From Camelus dromedarius (Eukaryota): a stretch of 64,000 bases of DNA. The stretch is from contig NC_087437.1 in NCBI RefSeq assembly GCF_036321535.1, positions 106,642,001-106,706,000 of the forward strand, read 5' to 3'. The notes under the pieces were generated by a model, which worked only from the letters and a program-made list of their open reading frames with translations, was not told the origin of the DNA and ran no database searches. This document shows positions 63,585 to 64,000 of the stretch, piece by piece. Within the stretch, counting starts at the first letter, position 1. Each line of letters begins with the position of its first letter. The position numbers were made by a program, and so were the translations under genes.

Positions 63585-63800
63585 TTACATTCTTCAACAA
63601 ATATTTTTTAAATCTACTATAACTTAGTAAGTTCCATTGTGTTTACTGTTGTATCCCTGCTGCATAGCACAGGACTCGGAAGATATTATGGGATCAATAA
63701 ATATTTGTTGGAAGAATACCTATTATATAGACACTGTACTGGGCCCTGGTGATTAAATGGTGAATAAGACAAACTTTCTGACCTCATGAAGCCTTTTTTC
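63585..63800. mobile_element. L2 tail fragments in both orientations
   Basis: CATTCTTCAACAAATATTT, TCAATAAATATTTGTTGGAAGAAT and ATGGTGAATAAGACAAAC. Confidence 0.55.
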
Positions 63801-64000
63801 AGCCTAGCCATAAGGATTGAGTGAGATCACATGAAACGAGGACAAGCCTGGTACCTATTTACTGAGTTAACTCATCCAAGAAACAAGTTTGGCCTTTTTT
63901 TCCTCCCCTGTCAGCTGGTCATAAAGGCCCCCTGCATCTGGCCAAAGATGTGAGCTGAGCGAGAGGTGATGAAACAACAGGTGTGGCTCAGGTATGAGTC

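Overview
Mammalian non-coding genomic DNA, very probably camelid (alpaca/vicuna/camel). The evidence is a tRNA-Ala-derived vic-1-type SINE at 34853 and cetartiodactyl-type L1 3' ends. I found no recognisable host protein-coding exon, RNA gene or prokaryotic element. The ORF track is essentially noise, apart from LINE relics: the L1 ORF2 C-terminus at 32722-33078 and 56323-56620, and CR1/L3 reverse transcriptase at 5996-6403. A large part of the window is interspersed repeat: old L2/MIR/L3, L1M-type LINEs, hAT/Tigger MITEs, MaLR/ERVL/ERV1 solo LTRs and young lineage-specific L1s, many with readable target-site duplications (TSDs). Repeat-poor blocks lie between them and may hold enhancers. I do not see evidence of a new multi-gene system. 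The most interesting signals are four. (i) A TSD-flanked L1 whose 5' UTR joins directly to the ORF2 3' end at an AG, a candidate spliced retrotransposed L1. (ii) An ERV1 solo LTR with a phased array of 7 inverted CCAAT boxes plus octamer, TATA and polyA signal, facing a second LTR. (iii) A fold-back template-switch scar in a young L1. (iv) A perfect 78-bp tandem duplication. Repeat subfamily names come from recall of consensus sequences rather than a database search, and boundaries without TSDs are approximate.
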